From: a virus
Taxonomy: Duplodnaviria; Heunggongvirae; Uroviricota; Caudoviricetes
DNA: 64,000 nt
Reading direction: 5' to 3' (one strand)
IMG/VR virus record: IMGVR_UViG_3300035494_000066
This document shows positions 49,668 through 58,487 of this stretch, one piece after another. Each line of letters starts with the position of its first letter. Positions within the stretch are counted from its first letter, which is position 1. The notes under the pieces are model-generated. The model had not been told where the DNA came from. It searched no databases and was given only the letters and a program-made list of their open reading frames with translations. Both the position numbers and the translations under genes were made by a program.

Positions 49668-50005
49668 TGACTATCCTGTTGAATTGCTAGTAACATTCTG
49701 TACTGGTCGATAATTTCCTGGACAGCTACATCACTTTTTGTTGCCAGCATCAGATCCAATATATCATATGCTTCGCGTAATTTTTTATATTCTACATCAT
49801 TGATGATCACTGTAGAGTCAGCGTCGTCGATCTGAATTGCAGTTATCTGCGACTGTTTAGATACCTTAATAGTGCTACACACAGATGCTGCAATCGAAAA
49901 TGAATCGTTGATGCTTAGGCCCGAAATGCTAGTTGTTGTGTACTCCGCCGCTCCGTCTACTAGCCCAGAAAATCTGTTTACTGGCTCAGTGCAGTTATTA
50001 GTCAT
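49664..50005 (-). CDS. Hypothetical protein
   Basis: 113 aa with AAGGA RBS. Confidence 0.55.
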   Translation of the reverse strand: MTNNCTEPVNRFSGLVDGAAEYTTTSISGLSINDSFSIAASVCSTIKVSKQSQITAIQIDDADSTVIINDVEYKKLREAYDILDLMLATKSDVAVQEIIDQYRMLLAIQQDSQ

Positions 50006-50017
50006 AGTTAAATTCCT

Positions 50018-53000
50018 TTAAAAGTTTAGCTCGTAGTTAACGCGAACCTCAGTTCCGTTTGTATCTGATCCGTACTGGTTAAATCTATGTTCTAGGTACG
50101 CACTGAACTTAGAATTATTTTTCCGGTACTTAGCAACGACCCCGACGTCGAATTCGGTATTACCTTTGCTCAAGTCCATAGTACGATCTTCGAACAGAAC
50201 TCGTCCGTCAAGTGTGCGAGCAACCGGTACAGTTAGTCCCATGCTACCGTCTAGTATTTTACGAGGCATGCTAGCAGTAGCGCCAGCAACCCAGTAGTCG
50301 CCTAGTGGGCGGGTAACTGCACCATGAAGCGCTACGCTTGTGATACCACTAGTACTAGTGATCAAGCTATTATCAGTTGTAGAGCTAGTAGTATAACCAA
50401 TTTCCGCTTTGGTGTCAACGTTAAATCCTGCTAGAATGTCTGATCGGGTGTACGCAGCGTATACTGTTTCTGAAGTTTGTCCTACACCGAACATACCTGC
50501 AAATTCGTTGTTAAGTACAGTCTCGTCTTCACTGACATACCCGATCTCGAAATTGCCATACTGCTTACCGACAGCAAAGCTTTTTTCGCCGAGTGCAAAA
50601 ATCATGTCGTTTACTTGGTATACAGCGCCTGCTAGGCTAGCAAAACTATTAGTGATAGTATCATTCGCTAGAGACTCAGTGAAACTTACAGTTCGAGTGT
50701 CTTTGTCGATTTTCGCTTGCCCTAAGTCGACGTAAAAATCACGCTCAAAGCTGTCAAGCACCATTACGTTACTAGCAACTTCTCCCAATTCAACTGAACC
50801 TGCAATTCCGCCGGACAATTCAGTAACACCGCCGCTAGTCCGGCCGGTTTTTGGAATACCGGTTGCGCCAACGGGCTGAGTAGCACGGTCCATGTCAAGA
50901 AGACCTTGACCGTGTATGTTTTCGTCATATCCAGCAAAGGATTTATCGCCTGTTACTAACAGTAATTGTACAAGATTGCGCCCGGTCATATGCGGCCACA
51001 TTTGATGGATAATAGCAACTGCTCCAGTAATGTGCGGCGCAGCCATACTAGTACCGCTCATATGATTATATGAACCGTTTGGCATAGTGCTGTAAACAGT
51101 GCTGCCTGGAGCCATGAGATAAAAGTCTTTAATTTTGTACAGATCATCGCATGACTGAGTTCCTTCATTCCATGCTAAGCACACATGCCCTGCTTTGTTG
51201 GAATAGTTTGCAATCTTTTGATTTGCAGTGTCCCATGCACCAGCAATAATCATCCGACCGTCTAGAATTAAGTTACCGTTATCGTCAACTGCGGTGGCCA
51301 TTAGTCCGGGGAATGCAGCATAGTCTAACCCGTCGTTGCCAGCAGCAACAACCATGACAATCTCGTTGCCGATATAAGGTTTCCAAGTGCCGGCTTCGGA
51401 TACATACCCGTTGTACCCGTTAGTTCCGTAATACCAGTGATTGCTACTGAACATCCCAGTGGAGTGCTTAGTAAGGCTTAGTTTAAAACTGTTATCAAAC
51501 ATGCTACTAGCGCTCATGTTGATAGCAACTGCGCCTGCATCACTAGCCCATTTAGTAGCTTGCTTTGCTAGCGAAAAACTGTAACCAGTGTTATCGGTTA
51601 CCTTTGCTATCATTAACTTAGCGTCGGGTGCAACACCTACCATCCCTTGGTTGTTCATTTCTGCTGCAATTGTTCCAGCAACGTGAGTTCCATGACCTAC
51701 GTTATCGGTTACATCAGTGAGTCCTGTGATAAAGTTCTTTGTTGCAGTAATCTGCGCATCTAAATCACTATGGGTTACCATTGCGCCAGAGTCTGCAACT
51801 GCAACTACGCTTCCTTTGCCAGTCCACCCCCGACTCCATGCCGCATCGACCTTAATCTCTGCTAAGTGGTCGTCTGTAGCTGCAGCAGTTGCCCAAAACT
51901 CACTACTAGCGCGGTATTCAGCCGGAGTCTTAACGTCTGGCGTTGGCGTTCCTAGATTAGGATCAGAGTACTCAACAGACGCGTACTCGACAATTTCAGG
52001 CGAAGTCGGTACCTCAATCGGAGTTTCGGTTTCTTTGTAATAACGATCCGTTTCAACGCTGTGATATGTTACAACCGGATCTGCTGGGACTAATTGGTCT
52101 TCGCTATATTGAGTAGTGTGTGTTTCGGTACTGCCGTCGTTGTACTCAATCGTTGTTGTGGTTTCGTATACTGTTGTTACAATATCACTGTAGTTAATCT
52201 GAGTGCGGTATGTAGTAGTTTCTACTACAATAATATCACCATTATCGTCAGCGAATTCAGTTGTTGTAACTTTGTTTACACTTGTATATCTACTAGTCTC
52301 GACTTGACCTGAAATGTATCGATCTAGCTGTACTGTAACAGTTTCACGCAACTCTTCAACGACTGGATCAGTTGGCTCTTCAACGACCGGATCAGTTGGC
52401 TCTTCAACGACTGGATATGTAATAGTGTACCCGGTGTCAGTGAATTCGATAGTAACACCTAGTTGACTAGCAATATCAACTGCTAACTCTTTATCAGAAT
52501 CTGATGGTTTTTTGTGTGTAATTATTTCTACTGTTTTGTTGCTTGATTCGATAAACAAGTCAGCATGCTGTTTGTTGATCGCTTTATCTTCTGCAATCAA
52601 ATTAATAATAGTCAACGCGTTTGACGAAGGGTTGTTCGATCCAAACAGAAACGCCGCTGCTGCGTTTGCTGCAGCATATTGGCCGGACGCAATGTACTCT
52701 AGGCGGAACTCTGCAGGCATGCTGCTAAATTTCGCCTCAAACTGGTGCCATTGGTTTTTTAGTTCAATTAACGTATTACGCAAACTAGCCGCATTATTAA
52801 TATCAGTGTCGCTATAGTTAACACCGGCTAGCGCTGCAGCAAGGGTACTAATTGCGCCACTTTCTGCAATTTGTGAAACGCTAGCAGTTATTGTATGAAC
52901 ACAACTACTATCACACGTTGCTGGTGTACTATTACTAGGCTTACTAGGCTCGACTAGTTCGGGATTGCTACCAACGGGCTTCACGTTACTAGTGCTACCG

Positions 53001-53071
53001 CCTCCGCCTCCGCATGCAGTTAGTGACAAGCCGATCGCAATAGACAGGGCTGCTTTTTCGATGTGTCGCAT
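50018..53071 (-). CDS. Lipoprotein subtilisin-like (S8) serine protease with probable C-terminal beta-barrel
   Basis: Lipobox LTA-C followed by GGGGGS; triad VAVADSG / GHGTHVAG / GTSMAAPH; oxyanion AAGN; C-terminus VRVNYELNF. Confidence 0.88.
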   Translation of the reverse strand: MRHIEKAALSIAIGLSLTACGGGGGSTSNVKPVGSNPELVEPSKPSNSTPATCDSSCVHTITASVSQIAESGAISTLAAALAGVNYSDTDINNAASLRNTLIELKNQWHQFEAKFSSMPAEFRLEYIASGQYAAANAAAAFLFGSNNPSSNALTIINLIAEDKAINKQHADLFIESSNKTVEIITHKKPSDSDKELAVDIASQLGVTIEFTDTGYTITYPVVEEPTDPVVEEPTDPVVEELRETVTVQLDRYISGQVETSRYTSVNKVTTTEFADDNGDIIVVETTTYRTQINYSDIVTTVYETTTTIEYNDGSTETHTTQYSEDQLVPADPVVTYHSVETDRYYKETETPIEVPTSPEIVEYASVEYSDPNLGTPTPDVKTPAEYRASSEFWATAAATDDHLAEIKVDAAWSRGWTGKGSVVAVADSGAMVTHSDLDAQITATKNFITGLTDVTDNVGHGTHVAGTIAAEMNNQGMVGVAPDAKLMIAKVTDNTGYSFSLAKQATKWASDAGAVAINMSASSMFDNSFKLSLTKHSTGMFSSNHWYYGTNGYNGYVSEAGTWKPYIGNEIVMVVAAGNDGLDYAAFPGLMATAVDDNGNLILDGRMIIAGAWDTANQKIANYSNKAGHVCLAWNEGTQSCDDLYKIKDFYLMAPGSTVYSTMPNGSYNHMSGTSMAAPHITGAVAIIHQMWPHMTGRNLVQLLLVTGDKSFAGYDENIHGQGLLDMDRATQPVGATGIPKTGRTSGGVTELSGGIAGSVELGEVASNVMVLDSFERDFYVDLGQAKIDKDTRTVSFTESLANDTITNSFASLAGAVYQVNDMIFALGEKSFAVGKQYGNFEIGYVSEDETVLNNEFAGMFGVGQTSETVYAAYTRSDILAGFNVDTKAEIGYTTSSTTDNSLITSTSGITSVALHGAVTRPLGDYWVAGATASMPRKILDGSMGLTVPVARTLDGRVLFEDRTMDLSKGNTEFDVGVVAKYRKNNSKFSAYLEHRFNQYGSDTNGTEVRVNYELNF
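52352..52416. repeat. 24-bp tandem repeat (about 2.7 copies) encoding PVVEEPTD
   Basis: ctcttcaacgac(t/c)ggatcagttgg x2 plus a partial third copy. Confidence 0.9.
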
Positions 53072-53108
53072 GATTGCAAAATCTCACTAACGTTAATTTG
53101 ATAACTAC

Positions 53109-53137
53109 ATAATAGTACCAGCAGCTACTGCTGTCAA
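53109..53137 (-). promoter_or_regulatory. sigma70 promoter TTGACA-17-TATTAT for the protease gene
   Basis: Minus strand TTGACA gcagtagctgctggtac TATTAT; contains the inverted repeat CAGCAG-N3-CTGCTG. Confidence 0.7.
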
Positions 53138-53155
53138 TCAAATATTAGGAAATTT

Positions 53156-54694
53156 ATGAAAAACGGCTACGACATTATTTTATTCACCGAATACGCAAAC
53201 GAGCATATATCATGCAAGCTACTAGGACCTTACCAGTTATCTAGTTTTTTACGGAGCAAAGGGTTTTCTGTACTAGTCGTCGACCATGTTTCTCGCTACT
53301 CAAAGGCAGAGATGTACATGATTGCAAAACTAGCATGCGGCGACAACACCTTGTTTGTTGGGATTAGCAACACTATGTCTTTACCGAAAGATGAAATTAG
53401 TTTCACCCACTGTGGTTTAGAGTTTGATAAAATTTTCGTCGAAGCATTTAAGGCAGTAAACCCGAATGTAAAAATAGTAGTAGGCGGCGCTCATGCTAGG
53501 TCTAACACAAGCAACCCGTTTCTAGACTATTCGGTGCTTGGATATGCCGAAATGAGTGCTTGGAGATTAGCCAAGCACTTGCGAGATCCGTTAGAACCGC
53601 TTGGACCTCATTTTGTTAACGAACACGGAGTTAAAATCTTAACTGACAGAAAAGCAGATGGTTATGACTTTACACAAACAGTTAACATGTGGTGCGATGA
53701 TGACATTATGATGCCAGGAGAAGTCTTACCGATCGAGTCTGCTAGAGGCTGCATCTTTAAGTGTAAGTTCTGCGCATATCCCATGAACGGCAAGAAAAAA
53801 TTAGATTACTTGCGAGATCAAAAGCAAGTAAAATACGAGTTAGAACGCAACTACGAGCTATACGGAATTACCGATTACTTCATCGTCGACGATACGTTTA
53901 ACGAATCAGACGAAAAATTAAGAATGTTTGCAGAAGTGTCTGCAAGCTTACCGTTTGAGTTAAACTTTAGGTGTTACCTCCGGTTAGATCTACTAGCAAA
54001 CAATTATGACCAAGTCAAACTATTAGCAGATGCTGGACTGCGTGGAACATTTTTCGGCATTGAGACGCTTAGTAATGCTGCTGGTAAAATTATCGGTAAG
54101 AGCACTAATTCAGAGAAGTTAATCGAAACGTTACAACGTATTAGATCCGATTACGGTGATACTATAATGACGTCATCTGGATTTATTATAGGCTTACCTG
54201 AAGAAACTCTCGACGAATGTTGGAATTCGTATCAACGAATTGTATCAGGCGAAGTTCCGTTGCACAATATAGGATTTCAGCCGCTTCGTATTACTAGGCC
54301 AGACTCGTTTGCATGGAATAGCGAATTTGGTGTTAATTTTAAATCATACGGATACGAAGAAATGCAATTAAGTGATGTAACATCAGAAGAAGATAAAAAG
54401 ATGTTTTCGAGCATGTTTCTAGAGCATGTGCCGTGGAAGAATAATTTAACAAACGTGTTCGAAGCTAACAAGCTGTCCGAAAAAATAATGGCCGATTTCG
54501 CCACACACGAGAACTTAGTACCGTCGAGTAATCAGGTATTTTTTGCCCGAAATTACAATATTTCTGAATTGTTAACGAATAAAACTATTAAGAACTATGA
54601 CTTCTTAGATCTTAAAGATAAGAACGTAAAACAATACAAACTTAAGCTAATGAAATACCTAACAGTTAAAAGCAAAGAACTTAACGTTCGATAG
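53156..54694 (+). CDS. B12-binding radical SAM enzyme (class B methyltransferase-like)
   Basis: N-terminal cobalamin-binding-like region (VVGGAHA, GYAE), SARGCIFKCKFC, VDDTF, FFGIET, FIIGLPEET. Confidence 0.85.
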   Translation: MKNGYDIILFTEYANEHISCKLLGPYQLSSFLRSKGFSVLVVDHVSRYSKAEMYMIAKLACGDNTLFVGISNTMSLPKDEISFTHCGLEFDKIFVEAFKAVNPNVKIVVGGAHARSNTSNPFLDYSVLGYAEMSAWRLAKHLRDPLEPLGPHFVNEHGVKILTDRKADGYDFTQTVNMWCDDDIMMPGEVLPIESARGCIFKCKFCAYPMNGKKKLDYLRDQKQVKYELERNYELYGITDYFIVDDTFNESDEKLRMFAEVSASLPFELNFRCYLRLDLLANNYDQVKLLADAGLRGTFFGIETLSNAAGKIIGKSTNSEKLIETLQRIRSDYGDTIMTSSGFIIGLPEETLDECWNSYQRIVSGEVPLHNIGFQPLRITRPDSFAWNSEFGVNFKSYGYEEMQLSDVTSEEDKKMFSSMFLEHVPWKNNLTNVFEANKLSEKIMADFATHENLVPSSNQVFFARNYNISELLTNKTIKNYDFLDLKDKNVKQYKLKLMKYLTVKSKELNVR

Positions 54695-55295
54695 TTATCG
54701 AACGTAAGTCTGGGTATTCGAACGACTGTGTTTCGTGAACTTCGTTACGTAACAGCTTGTTAATACCAACTACACACTCTTCGGGTTTCATTGCGTAGTG
54801 GAATCCGAGCTTAAATTTACGCTGATCACACCATGGCGAAATGTTTAGGTCGCGGCCGTCGTAGCGGAGTAACCTAAGCGTATTTGCTAAACTCTCATTA
54901 TCAGTTAAAATAGCACCACCGCGGCCGATTTCTAACGGTTTAGAATAACCGAAACTTAAGCACTGAATTTGCCCTGTACGGTACATATTTTTTTGAAATT
55001 TTCTAGCACTGTCCCAAATATTCGACCCGCGAAAGTTGTACTCTAATTCACTGTACCAGTCATCAGTGATGTATTCGTGGTGCACATTCAAGTTCATAAG
55101 AGTCATCGGAACACTGATATAAGTGTTCGCCGGCAGCTGAACACTTAGTATACTAGTTGCACGAAATGCTAATTCTATAGCATGTGTGCAACTATCAACT
55201 GATACAGCATAAGGTGCGCCGGTGTACTTACACACCTCTGATTCGAACTTTGTTATTGCATCAAACGGGTTGTTAAAGTCTGCTAGCTTAATCAT
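54681..55295 (-). CDS. Short DegT-like PLP-dependent protein
   Basis: AVSVDSCTHAIELA, PANTYISVP, DSA, SFGYSKPL..GRGGAILTD; only 204 aa. Confidence 0.7.
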   Translation of the reverse strand: MIKLADFNNPFDAITKFESEVCKYTGAPYAVSVDSCTHAIELAFRATSILSVQLPANTYISVPMTLMNLNVHHEYITDDWYSELEYNFRGSNIWDSARKFQKNMYRTGQIQCLSFGYSKPLEIGRGGAILTDNESLANTLRLLRYDGRDLNISPWCDQRKFKLGFHYAMKPEECVVGINKLLRNEVHETQSFEYPDLRSITIER

Positions 55296-55860
55296 TTAAT
55301 GTAACGAATGTTAATTGGATAGTGTATCGATTAGTTAAACCGATATTTGCAGCAAGGTGCGGAGTGTCTTCGGTCCAAACATATACATCACCAGCTTGCC
55401 AGTCAACGAACGTGCCTGCGATTTCTAGAATATGTCCAGGCTCTCTGTCGTCGACTGTTACCAGCGCCCGGTGCACGGTATACTGATCTGTTTCTGTTAT
55501 CCCAGCTGACTCCACATACCGACGGTATGCGATGTACGTATCAGAATGATACGGAATTATATCCCCTGGTACCATTTTATAAAAACACCAAGACAAGTGA
55601 TAGAAATCAACACCAGTCTCAGTTAGCATAGTTGCAACTTCTTCTACTATTTTGTTAGCAATACTAGGAGTACTCCGAGTGTGGTCGTACATAGTGCCGT
55701 TTGAAAACGGCACTCCTTGTTCTCTCCAGTAAGAAATAGCATGTATATCATTGAACGGTTTTGAGAAATACGGCAACGACTTAATCGCTAATCGGTCTTC
55801 AGCTGAAAGATCTATCGTTCCTAGTGGAGTATTACTGAATTGATGCTTGGATTGTTTCAT
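55288..55860 (-). CDS. 2OG-Fe(II) oxygenase-like (cupin) protein
   Basis: PYHSD (HxD)...PHLAAN...RYTIQ; start uncertain (ORF extends to 55911). Confidence 0.65.
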   Translation of the reverse strand: MKQSKHQFSNTPLGTIDLSAEDRLAIKSLPYFSKPFNDIHAISYWREQGVPFSNGTMYDHTRSTPSIANKIVEEVATMLTETGVDFYHLSWCFYKMVPGDIIPYHSDTYIAYRRYVESAGITETDQYTVHRALVTVDDREPGHILEIAGTFVDWQAGDVYVWTEDTPHLAANIGLTNRYTIQLTFVTLND

Positions 55861-56914
55861 ACAGTTTTCCACCGTTAAAGAATCGTTTGAGAGTTGCAAG
55901 CTCAGTATCAACTACCTCTTTAGCATTATCTGGGTATAGAGATAGTGTTTGCTCTACTAATTGTGCTAGTGCATCAACATCCGGAGTACTAGGTTCTGAC
56001 AGTGCAGAACTGTACTTAATGTTGTCAGAATACATTTCTGCATAACTCAAGCGGTCTGGAACAACTGGAACTGTGCCTGCTAGCAGCGCTTCGTATGCAC
56101 TAATGCCTAGTGTCTCTTGCAGATTTGCGCTAAACACAACCTTTGCACGTTTTAGCAGGCGGTGGTATTCTTGTTTTGTTAAGTTTTGTTCTTGACACAT
56201 AACAAATTCAACATCTGGCAACTTCTCAGCAATCTGTTTAAAGAGTTCGGGTTGTTTTTCCGGAGCAACGCGGTGCGGAAACAGCACAATGTCTTCTTTA
56301 GAAGAATAATCAGTATCTGTTAATGCAGACGTTTCTAAGTATTCCATCGGCCAGCCTACAACCTTAATCTGGTTGTTTGCATATGCAATTTTAAGTGCAT
56401 CCCCGGTCAAGAAAGTCTGTGCAAACAAGTTAACATGGAACGTTGTAGCAAAGAAGTTATGAGTGTAACACTGAAACATACTAGCTTCAGCAAACCGGAC
56501 CCACGGCTTGCCTCCGATAATGCGGCCTAAGAAGTCAGCAGGGTCGTAACTACCTGCGTGCCACATGCCACCAATGTTAATGTCAACGCCGTTGAGCTCA
56601 GCCATATACCGAAGTTGGATAACAGTTGGGTTCCAAGCATCAGTGAACAAAAAGTAATCACCGTTGTTGATTTTTTGTGCAGCAAATAGTTCAGCAATTT
56701 TAATTAGTTGAGAACTTTTGTAGATGTTAGTTGCAGAAAAGTCTAAAAATGCTCCAGGTGATGTAGTTGTGCTCGAAATTTCGCCCGAAATAGGAATTAC
56801 GTTAGTATCAGGTCCTAAAAATTCTGATAGTTGTTTCGGCAAAAATTCTTGCCACTCACACGTATATCGAGTTTCTACTGGCTCGATATCAACAATGTAT
56901 ACAGTTTTTGTCAT
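55832..56914 (-). CDS. GT-B glycosyltransferase (GT4-like)
   Basis: PHRVAPEKQ, QETLGISAYEA (E-x7-E), PVVPDRLSYAE. Confidence 0.8.
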   Translation of the reverse strand: MTKTVYIVDIEPVETRYTCEWQEFLPKQLSEFLGPDTNVIPISGEISSTTTSPGAFLDFSATNIYKSSQLIKIAELFAAQKINNGDYFLFTDAWNPTVIQLRYMAELNGVDINIGGMWHAGSYDPADFLGRIIGGKPWVRFAEASMFQCYTHNFFATTFHVNLFAQTFLTGDALKIAYANNQIKVVGWPMEYLETSALTDTDYSSKEDIVLFPHRVAPEKQPELFKQIAEKLPDVEFVMCQEQNLTKQEYHRLLKRAKVVFSANLQETLGISAYEALLAGTVPVVPDRLSYAEMYSDNIKYSSALSEPSTPDVDALAQLVEQTLSLYPDNAKEVVDTELATLKRFFNGGKLYETIQASIQ

Positions 56915-56932
56915 AATTGTCTCTTAAGAAGG

Positions 56933-57226
56933 AAAGCAGTGCAAATAAGCTATTTGATGTTAATTAACGGCGGAAATTACGGGCATCACGGCCCCATTGG
57001 TTAGTAACACGCTTACCTTCTTTAAACCGCAGGTAAGCCTTGTATACGTATGAACGCATATTATAAAGATCGGCTTCGTTGTAACGATAACCAAAATGGA
57101 CACAGAATTTCTTGAGTTGGTCTAGATCTGCGAAAATTTGAGATACGACTGGTTTCATAATTACTTCCTTTAATGAATACTACGTTGTGTATGTTGTTGT
57201 TTTGTTTGCTTACTTTGCACTGCTTT
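56933..57226. repeat. Long-range inverted repeat flanking a small gene
   Basis: aaagcagtgcaaa-taagc (56933-56950) versus gctta-c-tttgcactgcttt (57208-57226): 13 perfect bp plus 5 bp beyond a 1-nt bulge. Confidence 0.8.
56964..57158 (-). CDS. Small basic/aromatic protein (64 aa)
   Basis: AAGGAAG RBS; Arg/Lys/Tyr/Phe-rich. Confidence 0.7.
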   Translation of the reverse strand: MKPVVSQIFADLDQLKKFCVHFGYRYNEADLYNMRSYVYKAYLRFKEGKRVTNQWGRDARNFRR

Positions 57227-57230
57227 AAAC

Positions 57231-57626
57231 TTATTTTACTAGTTTGTACTCGATTTCGCAACCGTTTTCGTTGTCTTCGGCTACTGAAATTTTTACATAT
57301 CGGTTGGGGTATTTATGTGAAATTTCGTTGTACAAATCGTCGGCGATCATTTCGCACGATTTGTAGTCTAATGCTAGCACAGTGTCAGAATATAAAGATT
57401 CACACCAACGTTTAAACTGAATGAATTCAATGTCCCGGTCATCATGGAATACTTCGATCCACACTTTGAAATGAAAGATGTGTCTATGGGGGTATCCTAG
57501 GAAACTTACATCGTCATCGCCGCCGGTCGCCAGCGCCGGGTTGTCGAGAGCTGCTGGGTATTTGTGAATACCTTCTCGCGAGAATGTAACCCAGATTGTT
57601 TTGCTAGTTTTTACAATTTGCTGCAC
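57231..57626 (-). CDS. QueD-paralogous T-fold protein, DpdL-like putative CDG decarboxylase
   Basis: LGYPHRHIF (LxxxHRHxF), EGIH, SCEMIA, VAEDNENG; lacks CxxxHGH; the DpdL signature is recalled from the literature, not searched. Confidence 0.65.
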   Translation of the reverse strand: MQQIVKTSKTIWVTFSREGIHKYPAALDNPALATGGDDDVSFLGYPHRHIFHFKVWIEVFHDDRDIEFIQFKRWCESLYSDTVLALDYKSCEMIADDLYNEISHKYPNRYVKISVAEDNENGCEIEYKLVK

Positions 57627-57861
57627 TATGCTTCACCATTGCTTGTACTTCGTTTACTGTTATTTTAACATCATTGCTAGCGATTGCACTAGCCCGCACA
57701 CCAATCCGAGATGTAATATTAGGATTGTCGACATGCTCACCGTCGAGTAAGTTCACTGTAGCAGCAATCCCGTGCTCTTCTAGCGCTTGGTTAATAATTG
57801 CACAGATAGTTGTTTTACCCGACGCAGTTGTTCCTACAACATTAATGTCGATATGTTTCAT
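57604..57861 (-). CDS. Very small P-loop-containing protein
   Basis: 85 aa, INVVGTTASGKTT Walker A. Confidence 0.55.
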   Translation of the reverse strand: MKHIDINVVGTTASGKTTICAIINQALEEHGIAATVNLLDGEHVDNPNITSRIGVRASAIASNDVKITVNEVQAMVKHSAANCKN

Positions 57862-58424
57862 TTGTCGTTGCCTATGTTATTAACAATTGTGTCTGAATTG
57901 TATTTTGCCCATGGGGTGAATTTATCAACATCCATTAGTTCGCGTACACGATGTACCCATACGCCATAGTTTGTTGCATTAAAATCCTTGTCGTCGATCT
58001 TGATACACGCATTGTACCCGAGCTGATCTAAGTACGGCAGTTTTACTGATACCATCGGAATAAACATCGGGTGTTCAGTGCATCCAAGTTCTAAGAATAC
58101 TTCGTGCAACGACATGTCGTAGTCGAGGGTGACCCACAAGTTCTTTTCTAGCAACCCGTCGATCAAGTCACTGAGTGCATCAATTAAGTCATGATTGTAG
58201 CTACCGTCAGAGTGTAACACTGAGTCTCGCGACTTAAATGTATGGTTTGCTCCTAAGTATACATGATTAATGTTCAAGTCGTCGACTGCTTCAAGGATGG
58301 TGTTTAGTGGGGGAACTCCTGTAACAAAAAATGTAGGCATACCTTTAGCTGGAGTGTTCTCCACTTCGACCCCAATGAAGTACTTTGCAGTCGCAGATGT
58401 GGTACCGTTGTAATTGCGTTTCAT
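57858..58424 (-). CDS. Hypothetical protein in the deazaguanine module
   Basis: 188 aa; FIGVEVE, HVYLGANH, KIDDKDFNATNYGVW. Confidence 0.7.
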   Translation of the reverse strand: MKRNYNGTTSATAKYFIGVEVENTPAKGMPTFFVTGVPPLNTILEAVDDLNINHVYLGANHTFKSRDSVLHSDGSYNHDLIDALSDLIDGLLEKNLWVTLDYDMSLHEVFLELGCTEHPMFIPMVSVKLPYLDQLGYNACIKIDDKDFNATNYGVWVHRVRELMDVDKFTPWAKYNSDTIVNNIGNDK

Positions 58425-58487
58425 TGTTTACCTAATTATTAGTGTGTGGTATGTATTAATAGTAGCACAGTATCGAAAATGAGCAAG

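Noticed and set aside
52352-52416. Tandem repeat as a mini CRISPR array
   Set aside because: No spacers; in-frame 24-bp coding repeat (PVVEEPTD) inside the protease stalk
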